DNA from: a virus
Lineage: Duplodnaviria > Caudoviricetes
DNA: 59,128 nt
Reading direction: 5' to 3' (one strand)
Virus record (IMG/VR): IMGVR_UViG_3300048554_000481
Coordinates: 1 to 59,128 of that record
The position numbers were made by a program, and so were the translations under genes. Under the pieces are notes generated by a model. It saw nothing but the letters and a program-made list of their open reading frames with translations. It did not search any database and was not told the origin of the DNA. This document shows, piece by piece, positions 30,504 through 39,591 of the stretch. Position 1 is the first letter of the stretch. Each line of letters opens with the position of its first letter.

Positions 30504-30878
30504 TTATCGCCTCATACTTGCAATATCTTTTGCATCTTCTTTCTTGTCTGCAAATATGGGTACCATATTGCTCTTGTGCATTGTAGCAATACCTAGTAGC
30601 TGACGTTCGCCACTGTATGTCATACTTTCTTTTGCAGGTCCATGTCCACAAATGTTGTCACTAGTAGGCAAGCCTCTAGCACCTTCTCTATAATCTGGAA
30701 TTGAATTGACCGATTTACCAGCATGTTTCTTTGCCGCAAGTTGATCAGGGTGAACACCTTTCTTACGCAACCATTTTTCATGCTCTGCATTTGCTTTTGC
30801 TTGCTTTGCGTTGGGCTTTTTCTTTTTACGATTGTACTGAGTAGTGGTCATATACGGACCAACCAAGTGCATACTCAT
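30504..30878 (-). CDS. Conserved T4-like basic hypothetical protein
   Basis: LGIATMHKSNMVPIF..AKDIASMRR. Confidence 0.65.
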   Translation of the reverse strand: MSMHLVGPYMTTTQYNRKKKKPNAKQAKANAEHEKWLRKKGVHPDQLAAKKHAGKSVNSIPDYREGARGLPTSDNICGHGPAKESMTYSGERQLLGIATMHKSNMVPIFADKKEDAKDIASMRR

Positions 30879-31123
30879 ACTTAACTCCTCGAATATTTTA
30901 CAGACTCTTTAGGGCCTGTAGTTGTGAATTCCATACCATGCATATTGCCAACATAAACTCTGCCATTCCATTTCATAGGAATCTTTTGTTTTGCTACAAA
31001 TGCATCCAAGTGTTTCTCAAATCTAAAGTTGTCTATTTCGGCAAGAACTTCTGTGCCTGTATTTGTGCTGGTAACGACAGCTTCTTCAGCATACACTACT
31101 TTGTTGTTCATTGTCAACTCCAA

Positions 31124-31657
31124 TTAGTTTAATAATTGATATCTTATACGAAATCTAACTTGTTGTCCTCTCCATGCATTAGCACCTTGTGCTTTGTTTA
31201 CTCGCATAGTTAGGATAGTTCCGTTTACATTATAACTTATATCGTATTCATTTACAACTGTTCTTGTTGAGCTTCTATATTCTGTATGACACTGTGTAGC
31301 ATTTTGGTACCCAACAATATTTCGAGTTTGTTGTCCAGTTTGAGAACCTTTAACAGCACCAATAGCGGCACCAATACCAGTCATTGCTTGTTTGCCACTG
31401 CCACTACCAAATTGGTTGCCAATTACACCGCCAATGATAGCACCAAGTACTGCATTACCATTATTGTTGCTTTGCCCACTATTGCCATAAATTGGAACTT
31501 GAACTTGTTTACATACATCTTTTGGTATTTGAGATGTCACTTGTGTATGCACTGGCTTTACTTGTGTTATAGTACCAAATACTATTTCACTGGTTGCATG
31601 TGCAGGCGCACACATTGCGGTTGTTAAAATTCCTATTAATACAAATAACTTTTTCAT
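31124..31657 (-). CDS. Glycine-zipper 2TM exported protein
   Basis: Signal peptide; GAIIGGVIGNQFGSGSGK. Confidence 0.85.
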   Translation of the reverse strand: MKKLFVLIGILTTAMCAPAHATSEIVFGTITQVKPVHTQVTSQIPKDVCKQVQVPIYGNSGQSNNNGNAVLGAIIGGVIGNQFGSGSGKQAMTGIGAAIGAVKGSQTGQQTRNIVGYQNATQCHTEYRSSTRTVVNEYDISYNVNGTILTMRVNKAQGANAWRGQQVRFRIRYQLLN

Positions 31658-31957
31658 AAGTCTTGACTCCGTTCAGGGATTTCTTCATACATATGGACAT
31701 TACCCTTGTTAATCCATACCTCAAAAAACTCTCTCGGCTTTAGAGCTTTATCATTATAGTGAAATCGTTCGTCTCTGTTTTCCCAGTAAGCATGCCAAAA
31801 CTCTGTAGTTTTTTTAGCTTTCTCAAAAGACATAACATTCAACTCCTTGATTTACTATTAGTATAGCACTATTTACTATGATGTCAACCTAATATATTGG
31901 TGGCAGACACCACATAATTTAGTGCTATAACCCAAATAACAAGTTCTACAATAAACA

Positions 31958-33073
31958 TTAATCTGATCTTTCTCCAACACCATAATCTATTGTTACAGGA
32001 AATCTAGGGATACCATCATTGCTCAATTCAAAGTATCTGCAAGTTGCCCAGTCTATATTTGGGTTTTCCAACAGTGTCTTTAACTGTGCTTGCGAACCTC
32101 TTAGTCCACTACTAAATGTTGTACCATCTTTCATTTTAAGAGTAAGTCTTTTAGCATATCCTGTCCAGGCACCTTGCCCTTCATGTACTTCAACTACTTC
32201 GTACTCTTCAGTAACAAACTCTTTTCTTTTAAGTAGACTCTTGCTACGTTTACACTGGTAAGGAGCATCCTGTCGTACCATCTGTCCTTCGTAACCAGCT
32301 TCTGTATACTCGCCATACAGCCTATCAATATCTGCACTGTTGTTTGCAACGTCTGTGTGTACAAGCACAATCATATTGCCCGACACATTATTAGCTAACC
32401 ATACCGAACGATCCATAAACAGTTTATCAGGATCATTTTTATCATACATATCGTAGATATGATATTCAACTAGTTCTGCACTTTCTGCAATCTCTTCTGG
32501 TCTGCACTTTACTTTACGAACCAAGCTAACAATCTTTTGAAAGTCTGCTTTAAGTTCATGATTGTAAAGTTCACCATCTAATACAACATTTGGGTTAGCT
32601 TCAATGATATGCTTTACACTTTCCCAAATATGTGGGCAACTGTTAATAGGCTTACCGCCTCTGGTGTGCATACCATGCTTGTCAATTACACAACGGATAC
32701 CATCTAATTTGGGTTGTGTAAATCCATCCTCAACTGGAGTTTTTGTAAAGTCGTGTGCTAACATAGGCTTGAACAGTTCGTAACTGTCAATATCATCTAT
32801 GTTTGCAAAATACTCTTTGTCAGCTTTTTTAGTCCATTCAGCTTGTGCTTCGAACTCAGCTTGACCTTTAGCAGTAGTAGCATTGCTTCTACCCACATTC
32901 TTTGCTATGCTCATATTCCAAACACTGGTGATCTTCTCACCATCAACTAGACCACTAATGCTACGGATACCAGCCATATCTTCATTGTCAAATCCAACTT
33001 CAACAGTCCATATTCTAACTTTACCTTTTGAATCTCTTTTGTAAAGTGGATCTAAACTAACTATATTCTGCAT
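31958..33073 (-). CDS. lig: ATP-dependent DNA ligase
   Basis: QPKLDGIRC, LDGELY, YEGQMVR, LLKRK, IPRFP. Confidence 0.92.
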   Translation of the reverse strand: MQNIVSLDPLYKRDSKGKVRIWTVEVGFDNEDMAGIRSISGLVDGEKITSVWNMSIAKNVGRSNATTAKGQAEFEAQAEWTKKADKEYFANIDDIDSYELFKPMLAHDFTKTPVEDGFTQPKLDGIRCVIDKHGMHTRGGKPINSCPHIWESVKHIIEANPNVVLDGELYNHELKADFQKIVSLVRKVKCRPEEIAESAELVEYHIYDMYDKNDPDKLFMDRSVWLANNVSGNMIVLVHTDVANNSADIDRLYGEYTEAGYEGQMVRQDAPYQCKRSKSLLKRKEFVTEEYEVVEVHEGQGAWTGYAKRLTLKMKDGTTFSSGLRGSQAQLKTLLENPNIDWATCRYFELSNDGIPRFPVTIDYGVGERSD

Positions 33074-33091
33074 ATATCACTCCTTAATTGT

Positions 33092-33127
33092 TATATACAG
33101 TATAGCACCAAGATGTCTTGTTGTCAA
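33092..33127 (-). promoter_or_regulatory. Early promoter of the repeated family (ligase)
   Basis: TTGACAacAAGACATCTTggtgcTATACT. Confidence 0.82.
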
Positions 33128-33213
33128 GCTCTTTTTGCTAATAAAAAGTTTATTTTTGCATTACGGATTTGTCTGATGGCACGTTTAAAGCACCAGAGCG
33201 TGTAATTGTTCAT
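33124..33213 (-). CDS. 29-aa basic peptide downstream of the glutamine riboswitch
   Basis: GGGAGA SD; MNNYTLWCFKRAIRQIRNAKINFLLAKRA. Confidence 0.6.
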   Translation of the reverse strand: MNNYTLWCFKRAIRQIRNAKINFLLAKRA

Positions 33214-33238
33214 AACACTTCTCCCTTTCGGTTAAAGT

Positions 33239-33284
33239 GCGTTCCTTCGCTAGTGCTACTTCCGTCCCTTACGGGATGAACGAT
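33239..33284 (-). ncRNA. Glutamine riboswitch (glnA RNA motif)
   Basis: AUCGUUCAUCCC-GUAA-GGGACGGAAGUAGC-ACUA-GCGAAGGAACGC fits the glnA consensus; TATAAATA at 33296-33303. Confidence 0.85.
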
Positions 33285-33298
33285 TTACTTAAAAATAT

Positions 33299-33451
33299 TT
33301 ATAACTGATGTACAAGATAGACTAATAACCAAATCAACAAACCTAGTGCGACACCTTTAGCCCAAGCTATCCAGGCTACTCCATACCAACTGATGTTTAA
33401 TGCTTCCTTGCCTCGTACTGTTTGTCTTTTATGCCACTCAATGAGCTTCAT
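33299..33451 (-). CDS. 50-aa membrane peptide
   Basis: MKLIEWHKRQ..WYGVAWIAWAKGVALGLLIWLL; AGGAG SD. Confidence 0.55.
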   Translation of the reverse strand: MKLIEWHKRQTVRGKEALNISWYGVAWIAWAKGVALGLLIWLLVYLVHQL

Positions 33452-33679
33452 ATCATACTCCTATGTCTGGATCCCTACCAAATCCCGGTCTTTTTGTGTT
33501 GGTTTGCTCTACTTCTATATGACAGTTTACATTACTAGTAGTATCTTTTAAAAAGTCAATAACAAGCCAACAGTCTTCTACACTTGGGAGACCGCCTTCT
33601 AATACATGGCCATTATCGTCAACTACATAAAACTTGTAGACTTTGCCGGGCCATGGTTTATGCTGGTCGATTGGAATTC

Positions 33680-33766
33680 TCATTTCATTAATCCTATCCA
33701 ATGTGTACAGTCGTCACAGGGATCATCATATTGATAAGAACGCCAATCTTCATTGGGATCTTCCAT
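33680..33766 (-). CDS. 28-aa acidic CxxC peptide
   Basis: MEDPNEDWRSYQYDDPCDDCTHWIGLMK directly after ATAAATA; stop overlaps the next ATG (ATGA). Confidence 0.5.
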   Translation of the reverse strand: MEDPNEDWRSYQYDDPCDDCTHWIGLMK

Positions 33767-34293
33767 GGTTATGTATTTATGGCTAAATATCGCAATAGAT
33801 AAGTACACATATAACAGTCAAGTACAGAAAGTGCTGACGTCAAACTCACAAGGAGAACGACATGTCCAAAGAAGATAACACTGGTAAAATGGAAGTAGCA
33901 GTAAGAATATTAGGCAACGAGTTAGTTGCACTAAAAATGGTAGTAGACGATTTTAAGATAAAATGGTTAATTTATGGTGTAGTAACTATTGTGGCACTAG
34001 GTTGGGCCGCTAGTAGTTTTGGACCAGCATTATTTGATATGGTAGGAACAGGAACCAATGGGTAAGAAAAAATCAAGAGCAACTCAAACAAGTAAAGGTG
34101 AAGTTGGATCACCTATGAAAACTAAATTAAGATCTAGCGATGAAGGCTATGCTTCACAACGTATGATGAATCAGCTGAACGCATTTAACAAGGGAAAACG
34201 TGTTATGGTAACTATTAAGAATCCAAACGGAGCAGAAACTAATAAACCATATATTCGTGTACCTGCTAAGGATGTATGGAAAAGTAGTAGGAG

Positions 34294-34656
34294 ATGAGTA
34301 CATTATTCTTATTTTTATTGTTAATCAAACACAGTATATGCGACTTAGCACTACAAAGTAGATTTGTTAACAAACACGGTGATAAGAAAAATCTTACAGA
34401 CCTTAAAGGTTATCTACATGCAGGTGACCACGCAATGGGAACATTTTTAGTAGCTCTACTCTTTGTAGGTATTTTGCCTGCATTGGGTGTTGCTATTGCA
34501 GACTTTGTACTGCATTTTATAATTGATTATACTAAACGCAGATACACACTTGCGAAAAACATTAAACAAAGTAATCGTAAATTTTGGTACATACAAAGTA
34601 TTGACCAAATGGCACACTATGGTTGCTATTTTATTTTTGTAATAATTCTTATATAG
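34294..34656 (+). CDS. DUF3307-like membrane protein
   Basis: KHSICDLALQ, H..IDY.K, DQMAH. Confidence 0.75.
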   Translation: MSTLFLFLLLIKHSICDLALQSRFVNKHGDKKNLTDLKGYLHAGDHAMGTFLVALLFVGILPALGVAIADFVLHFIIDYTKRRYTLAKNIKQSNRKFWYIQSIDQMAHYGCYFIFVIILI

Positions 34657-35815
34657 ATTCCAAATACTCTAAGGTCATCGGACCTATAACATCGACTGCT
34701 TTCATTTTACGCTGTGCAAGATAAAATTTAGTGTCATTTGCAATGTCTACCAAATCACGTTTAACACTTTTATTCATTCTTATTGAAGTCAACGTCGACG
34801 ATGTGTCAGGATTCTTTAATTGTCCGTGAACCTTATCGATTAACCAATTTGGTAAGTTCATACAGTTTAGTACACTATTGTCTGGTTTGATACCAAAAGT
34901 TAACATATATTTCCATTTTTTCTTATGAAAAAATTCTTCAATCTGAGGCAAATACTCGAAGTTGTACAAGTTTACTAGTAAGCTAATTTTTACATCCAAT
35001 ACTTTACTTCGGTGTGAAAATATAAAGTCTAAATTTTCTTCCATTTTCTTCCAAGTATGAGGCCAGCGTATGAATTCATAATTTTTATGTATTCCGTCTG
35101 TACTGATCCTAATTCTAGCCTGTTTGGTTTTAGATAATCTACGAATAATTTCATCATTCATTACGGTTCCGTTTGTAGTAATTTGTAATTCTAGTTGAGA
35201 ACAATCAATTTCATCTAATACTTTTTCAATGGGTTTCCAATTCTCTATTAACAAAGGTTCACCACCTTTTATATGAATGCTTTTTACCTTATAGTTTCTG
35301 AGAATATCAGCTGTAAGATTTGTTATATCTGCGTTTTTTGGTTGCTTGTCAATGTAGGTGTTCCAATGTTCAGGTAACTCTGCTTTTTGATACTTTGCTG
35401 ATACAGTTTCTATCAGACTACTCGTATTACCGTTACAAAACACACAAGCAAGATTGCATACATTACTTAAATCTAAATCTAGTCTTAGGAAATCAAAATC
35501 TGTTTTGTCATCTTTGCTTTGTCGGTTTATCACAGTTCTAGGACTGTCTACCATTGCCTTTTCTAAATTAGTGCAATTTATACATGAAGGATGTAAGTGT
35601 GAAGGATTTTCTTTAAACCATTTTTGATAATATTCTCTAGTAGGATGTTTTAAAATGCTTTGTACATCTACTTTGATATGCTTATATTGATCTTGTGGAA
35701 TCAGAGCCTTATGTGTATTACAACAAGGTCGGACATTAGTTAACAATTGATTATTTTGGTCAGGGTGAAAAGTAAGTCTGAGACCTTTATCAACATAGGC
35801 GCAGTAGTTATTCAT
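34649..35815 (-). CDS. Radical SAM protein with N-terminal twitch domain
   Basis: VRPCC..CINC; SNVCNLACVFC; GGEPLL; TTNGT. Confidence 0.85.
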   Translation of the reverse strand: MNNYCAYVDKGLRLTFHPDQNNQLLTNVRPCCNTHKALIPQDQYKHIKVDVQSILKHPTREYYQKWFKENPSHLHPSCINCTNLEKAMVDSPRTVINRQSKDDKTDFDFLRLDLDLSNVCNLACVFCNGNTSSLIETVSAKYQKAELPEHWNTYIDKQPKNADITNLTADILRNYKVKSIHIKGGEPLLIENWKPIEKVLDEIDCSQLELQITTNGTVMNDEIIRRLSKTKQARIRISTDGIHKNYEFIRWPHTWKKMEENLDFIFSHRSKVLDVKISLLVNLYNFEYLPQIEEFFHKKKWKYMLTFGIKPDNSVLNCMNLPNWLIDKVHGQLKNPDTSSTLTSIRMNKSVKRDLVDIANDTKFYLAQRKMKAVDVIGPMTLEYLESI

Positions 35816-36369
35816 ATAGATTCTAATTTTTGCTTTATCTTGTGTGCAAATGTAGGAGCATTTCCTTTATCATCGGGATCATCTCCTATTAATTTTTTCA
35901 TAAGCCAGATGCGTGATTTTACATTTTCTACTTTACGGTCATGGTCATCGGCTCTGATATCCATAAAGCTATTGTGTAACTGTTGAATTTTATTTTGTAA
36001 GTCCATATGCATATTTATGGCTTACTCATGACAACACCTCCGCAATGCAGAGGTGTGCCTAATTATTTCTTTTTCTTATTTTCTATCTTGTGTTCTTATC
36101 CATTCCTATCGTTTTGTTGTTATGTTAGTTTTGGTTAAGTTCGGATCCAGCAACTATCTCACCATTTGGTTTGACTCGTAAAAGTTTCATTGTAATCATA
36201 CCCTCAAGTGCTTTTTCAATTCCTTGACGTTTTCCTTGTGTATAACCTAACCATGTGCAAAATAAACAAATGACAACGGCTATATATGATTCATATCCTA
36301 CAAACATTGCTGACTCCTTTTTTTCGTTATATACTTAATATAGTATACTTATAGTAAAAAGTCAAGAGC

Positions 36370-37155
36370 TTAGAAGCTAAAACTTGCTCCAACTGCTGGT
36401 TTAATTTCTTCACTATCTAGATTGTATGCGCCTTCAGCAAATAGTGTTAAACCATTTACGTCTCTCTTCCAACCAAGACCAATGTTTTGTAATGCATCAT
36501 CTGCATCGCCATTGGTAAACGCTGTCATACCATTCATAGAAACATTTGCTTCGTATGCAACATCATCGCCATAGGTCATTACACCGCCAACTGCTACATC
36601 ACCCAAAGTATATCCACCGGCTACGCCAAATGTTGTGTCTTCTGAGTCTAAGTTAAAATCAATCACTGGATTGATAGAAGCTCCTGCTACTTCCATTGCA
36701 TAACCAACCTGTACATTGCTTAGGTCTGTGACATCATCTGTCATGTCAGTAAAGCCTAAATGTAGAGATAAGTCATTAGATGCAAATCGGATACTATCGT
36801 TGTCTGCTGGATCAGCAAGTGTGTCATCGCCAACTACTTCTAGTCCTGCTCCTGGAAAGATATCTCCTTGGTCACCAACAGAAACAGTACTTGCTCCCAT
36901 TGCCATTCCAAGCGTCCATCCATCAATGGCTAATCCGCCTTCGTTTGTGCTCAATAAGTTGATTGAAGCTGAAGCATTTCCTGCTACAGAAGCACCGAGG
37001 CTTAGTTCTGTTTTAGCACCAAAATCGCCGTCTGTTTGTTCAGTTACTTCAATACCAACACCGCCGGTAATTGCAACTGTAGGGGCTGAGTCTTGAGCAA
37101 AAACTGCGGTTGACATAGCTACTAGAGCTGTTGTCATTGCTAGTAAATTTTTCAT
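36370..37155 (-). CDS. Outer-membrane porin-like beta-barrel
   Basis: Signal peptide (AVFA/QD), alternating beta pattern, C-terminal ASFSF. Confidence 0.75.
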   Translation of the reverse strand: MKNLLAMTTALVAMSTAVFAQDSAPTVAITGGVGIEVTEQTDGDFGAKTELSLGASVAGNASASINLLSTNEGGLAIDGWTLGMAMGASTVSVGDQGDIFPGAGLEVVGDDTLADPADNDSIRFASNDLSLHLGFTDMTDDVTDLSNVQVGYAMEVAGASINPVIDFNLDSEDTTFGVAGGYTLGDVAVGGVMTYGDDVAYEANVSMNGMTAFTNGDADDALQNIGLGWKRDVNGLTLFAEGAYNLDSEEIKPAVGASFSF

Positions 37156-37308
37156 TATTCTTTTCCTTAAGGTTAAAAAAAAGACGTAAGAAAGCAAATA
37201 TTGTTGCTCTTCTTCGTCCAGTTATATTTAACTGTTTAAAATAAAAACCACAGTTAATAATACAATTAACTGCGGTTGTTATGTTATCTTTGTGGTTTTT
37301 ATGTTACA

Positions 37309-37752
37309 CTATTCATGCTCTCCGCCATTGCCTCTGCCATTGCGACTTTGGAAGGCGGCAAACACATGTGGCTTACGTTTGGCTGTTTCAAATGTTGCTA
37401 CAGTAATTACAATGGCGGCAATCAACATAACGTGAGCCATTGCACTAATAGCAAATACAGTCCAACTGCCAACTAGCATAGCGAATGTGATACACCACAT
37501 CCATGCTAGCACTTGCATAAGCAAGTGTCTTACTTGTAAGTCCGGAATGTTTTTAAGTGGACTAACATCGCTGTTCATAACACTGTTCCAGCTGTTTACT
37601 ACAAATGTTCTCATTGGTGCGTATCCTTTTTCAAATATTACTCTAAGTGGGTAGTGTGCATCAGCATCATCACGAAATTCGATTGCGTCATTTACGTCAT
37701 CAAACAACTTAGATACTTTGTGCGTTTTAAAGAAAGCAGTTACTCTGTACAT
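37309..37752 (-). CDS. Conserved membrane hypothetical protein
   Basis: PLKNIPDLQVRHLLMQVLAWMWC..GGEHE. Confidence 0.6.
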   Translation of the reverse strand: MYRVTAFFKTHKVSKLFDDVNDAIEFRDDADAHYPLRVIFEKGYAPMRTFVVNSWNSVMNSDVSPLKNIPDLQVRHLLMQVLAWMWCITFAMLVGSWTVFAISAMAHVMLIAAIVITVATFETAKRKPHVFAAFQSRNGRGNGGEHE

Positions 37753-37780
37753 ATTCTATCCCTTAGTTTACAATTAAAAA

Positions 37781-38133
37781 CGCAACTATTCTGTTGCCAG
37801 GTCAGTTGCCAACCCCGGAAACCTAATTAGGCTGCCATTGCCATTTCTGGCGCATAATTGTCATTTGCAATTATAGTTTTTGATCATTTTCGGAATCACC
37901 CGGCAAACTCCACTCAATTTTCATATCTGTCGATCCTAGTTCAGCCCCATCAAAAGCACACTGTATATTTTCAGCCACACGTTTATTTCTTGTTATAATC
38001 AGGATTTGTTGTTTTTCCCTAATGTATACCAAATGTCTAACTTGTGCCAACTGCCTCTCAATGTGTTTATGGTGGAGCTGTGGGGTACTGCCCCCCAGTC
38101 CAGTCTACTTCCACGTTGCTTCAACGTTTACAA
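37781..38133 (-). ncRNA. ssrA: Circularly permuted two-piece tmRNA, alphaproteobacterial type
   Basis: Acceptor piece has T-arm UGGGG-GGCAGUA-CCCCA and ends CAGCUCCACCA at 38070. Coding piece starts GGGGCUGAACUAGGAUCGAC at 37948. G3.U70 pair present. Tag ANDNYAPEMAMAA-stop at 37868-37827. Confidence 0.93.
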
Positions 38134-38136
38134 GTA

Positions 38137-38167
38137 TATTTATATACTATGTTTTAGGTATTGTCAA
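38137..38167 (-). promoter_or_regulatory. Overlapping sigma70-type and T4 late-type promoters for tmRNA
   Basis: TTGACA at 38167-38162 with an AT-rich -10 region; perfect TATAAATA at 38144-38137. Confidence 0.7.
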
Positions 38168-38406
38168 GTCTCAATGGCATCTTTTAATACACATTTATAT
38201 TCAACGGTATCCCATTTGCCATCTGGTGGTATTAGTTGGTATATTGGAAGCATGTCATGACATTCTTTCTTAGTATCAAACCACTGCACATCTTGTGTTA
38301 AACAAGATCCGTTCAAACATACTGTTAGCAATATATGCCATATTACTTCCATTAGTTACGACCCATGTGTTTAGGGCCAACGTCTCTTGCTATCCAGTCT
38401 AGTAGT

Positions 38407-39495
38407 TTAAACCAACGCTTGCTGATACGGATCAACATCTAAGTACTTCCCCCATTCGGTATAATAGTGACGCATACCAACTTCGTCGTGTATTGTTGAG
38501 TTTTCATGTCTACCATGCAGTATATGTCTATTCTCAGTACCCGGTGCCATTGATGCTCCTTGTCCTGTTACACCTAATAGATCTTCATGTAGATTACGTC
38601 CAAAAGGTCCCCAAATAGTATTGTGATGTTTGATACGAGTTTGTCTTTCTTCTGGTGTATCTTTGCGTAGTCCGTAGCCCCTAAATTCAATTAGCACACT
38701 ATTAGGCCCTAGTGGAGTAACACTATCACTACGATAAGCACTGCCACGCAAGTTAAAGTTAAAGCCCGGAAACAAGTCTACCATATACCATTGGTTAGGA
38801 GGTAGATTAGGAAAACTAAGTTCGCCTCTATCACCGTCTTTATCAAACTCAGTATAGTTAACTGTGAAGCTACTTACATTAACATGCCCATTGTCAAAAG
38901 GAACATTCTTTCTTGCAAAGTATTCGTCGTTAAATCCTGTTACACGATTGAAGTAGTGCATGAAGTCGTGATAGAATTCACTGTTGGTATCATGCCATAG
39001 TTTATAGTTGGTAGGAATAATTGCTTTATGGTAATGAAATATTTCTAGTTCTTCAGTATCGATAGCATCTGCAATACAATCAAATGCACCCGCTGTCCAT
39101 TCTTCTACACTTTGAGTTGGATTAGGATCAAGTGTTACCCATACCATACCTCCATGCTTTACTTCACAATGTAGTTGTGGTTCAACTGTTACAATAGGTG
39201 CTTGTAGTTTACCTGCTGGTGCCCACCTATCAAAGATGGTTGAGCAACTATCATAGTTACGATATGCTCGTACACCATCTCCGGTATTGTACATAATAAT
39301 ATTATATCCAGCAATTTGTGATGTACGATAATCTAGTTCATTATACATCTCACTAATATGGCATACTGGTACCCATACTTTGCTAAAGATACTTTCAATT
39401 TCTTCGTCAAATATCTTTTGACTAGAATATATCTCGCTACTAACTGATTCTACTTTTGGTTTTGCTAACCAATTTTTATGATTGCGTGGTGGCAT
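38407..39495 (-). CDS. Ring-hydroxylating (Rieske-family) oxygenase alpha-like subunit with degenerate Rieske domain
   Basis: IYSSQKIFDEE.ESIFSKVWVPVCH; NYKLWHDTNSEFYH.DFMH and HEDL mononuclear-Fe region; no CxH..CxxH pair. Confidence 0.8.
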   Translation of the reverse strand: MPPRNHKNWLAKPKVESVSSEIYSSQKIFDEEIESIFSKVWVPVCHISEMYNELDYRTSQIAGYNIIMYNTGDGVRAYRNYDSCSTIFDRWAPAGKLQAPIVTVEPQLHCEVKHGGMVWVTLDPNPTQSVEEWTAGAFDCIADAIDTEELEIFHYHKAIIPTNYKLWHDTNSEFYHDFMHYFNRVTGFNDEYFARKNVPFDNGHVNVSSFTVNYTEFDKDGDRGELSFPNLPPNQWYMVDLFPGFNFNLRGSAYRSDSVTPLGPNSVLIEFRGYGLRKDTPEERQTRIKHHNTIWGPFGRNLHEDLLGVTGQGASMAPGTENRHILHGRHENSTIHDEVGMRHYYTEWGKYLDVDPYQQALV

Positions 39496-39555
39496 AATAA
39501 TGCTCTCCTTATGCTATATTTAATTTATTATAGCATAATAAAATGGTACAATCTA

Positions 39556-39591
39556 ATACAAAGATAGTATTAACAAATAGGCAGTGCCTAT
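39556..39591. promoter_or_regulatory. Tandem LysR-type boxes
   Basis: ATAC-N7-GTAT (39556-70) and ATAG-N7-CTAT (39577-91) upstream of the oxygenase. Confidence 0.55.

Noticed and set aside
38006-38273. Two plus-strand ORFs over the tmRNA acceptor piece
   Set aside because: Antisense to a clear tmRNA and its promoter, with no protein-like features.
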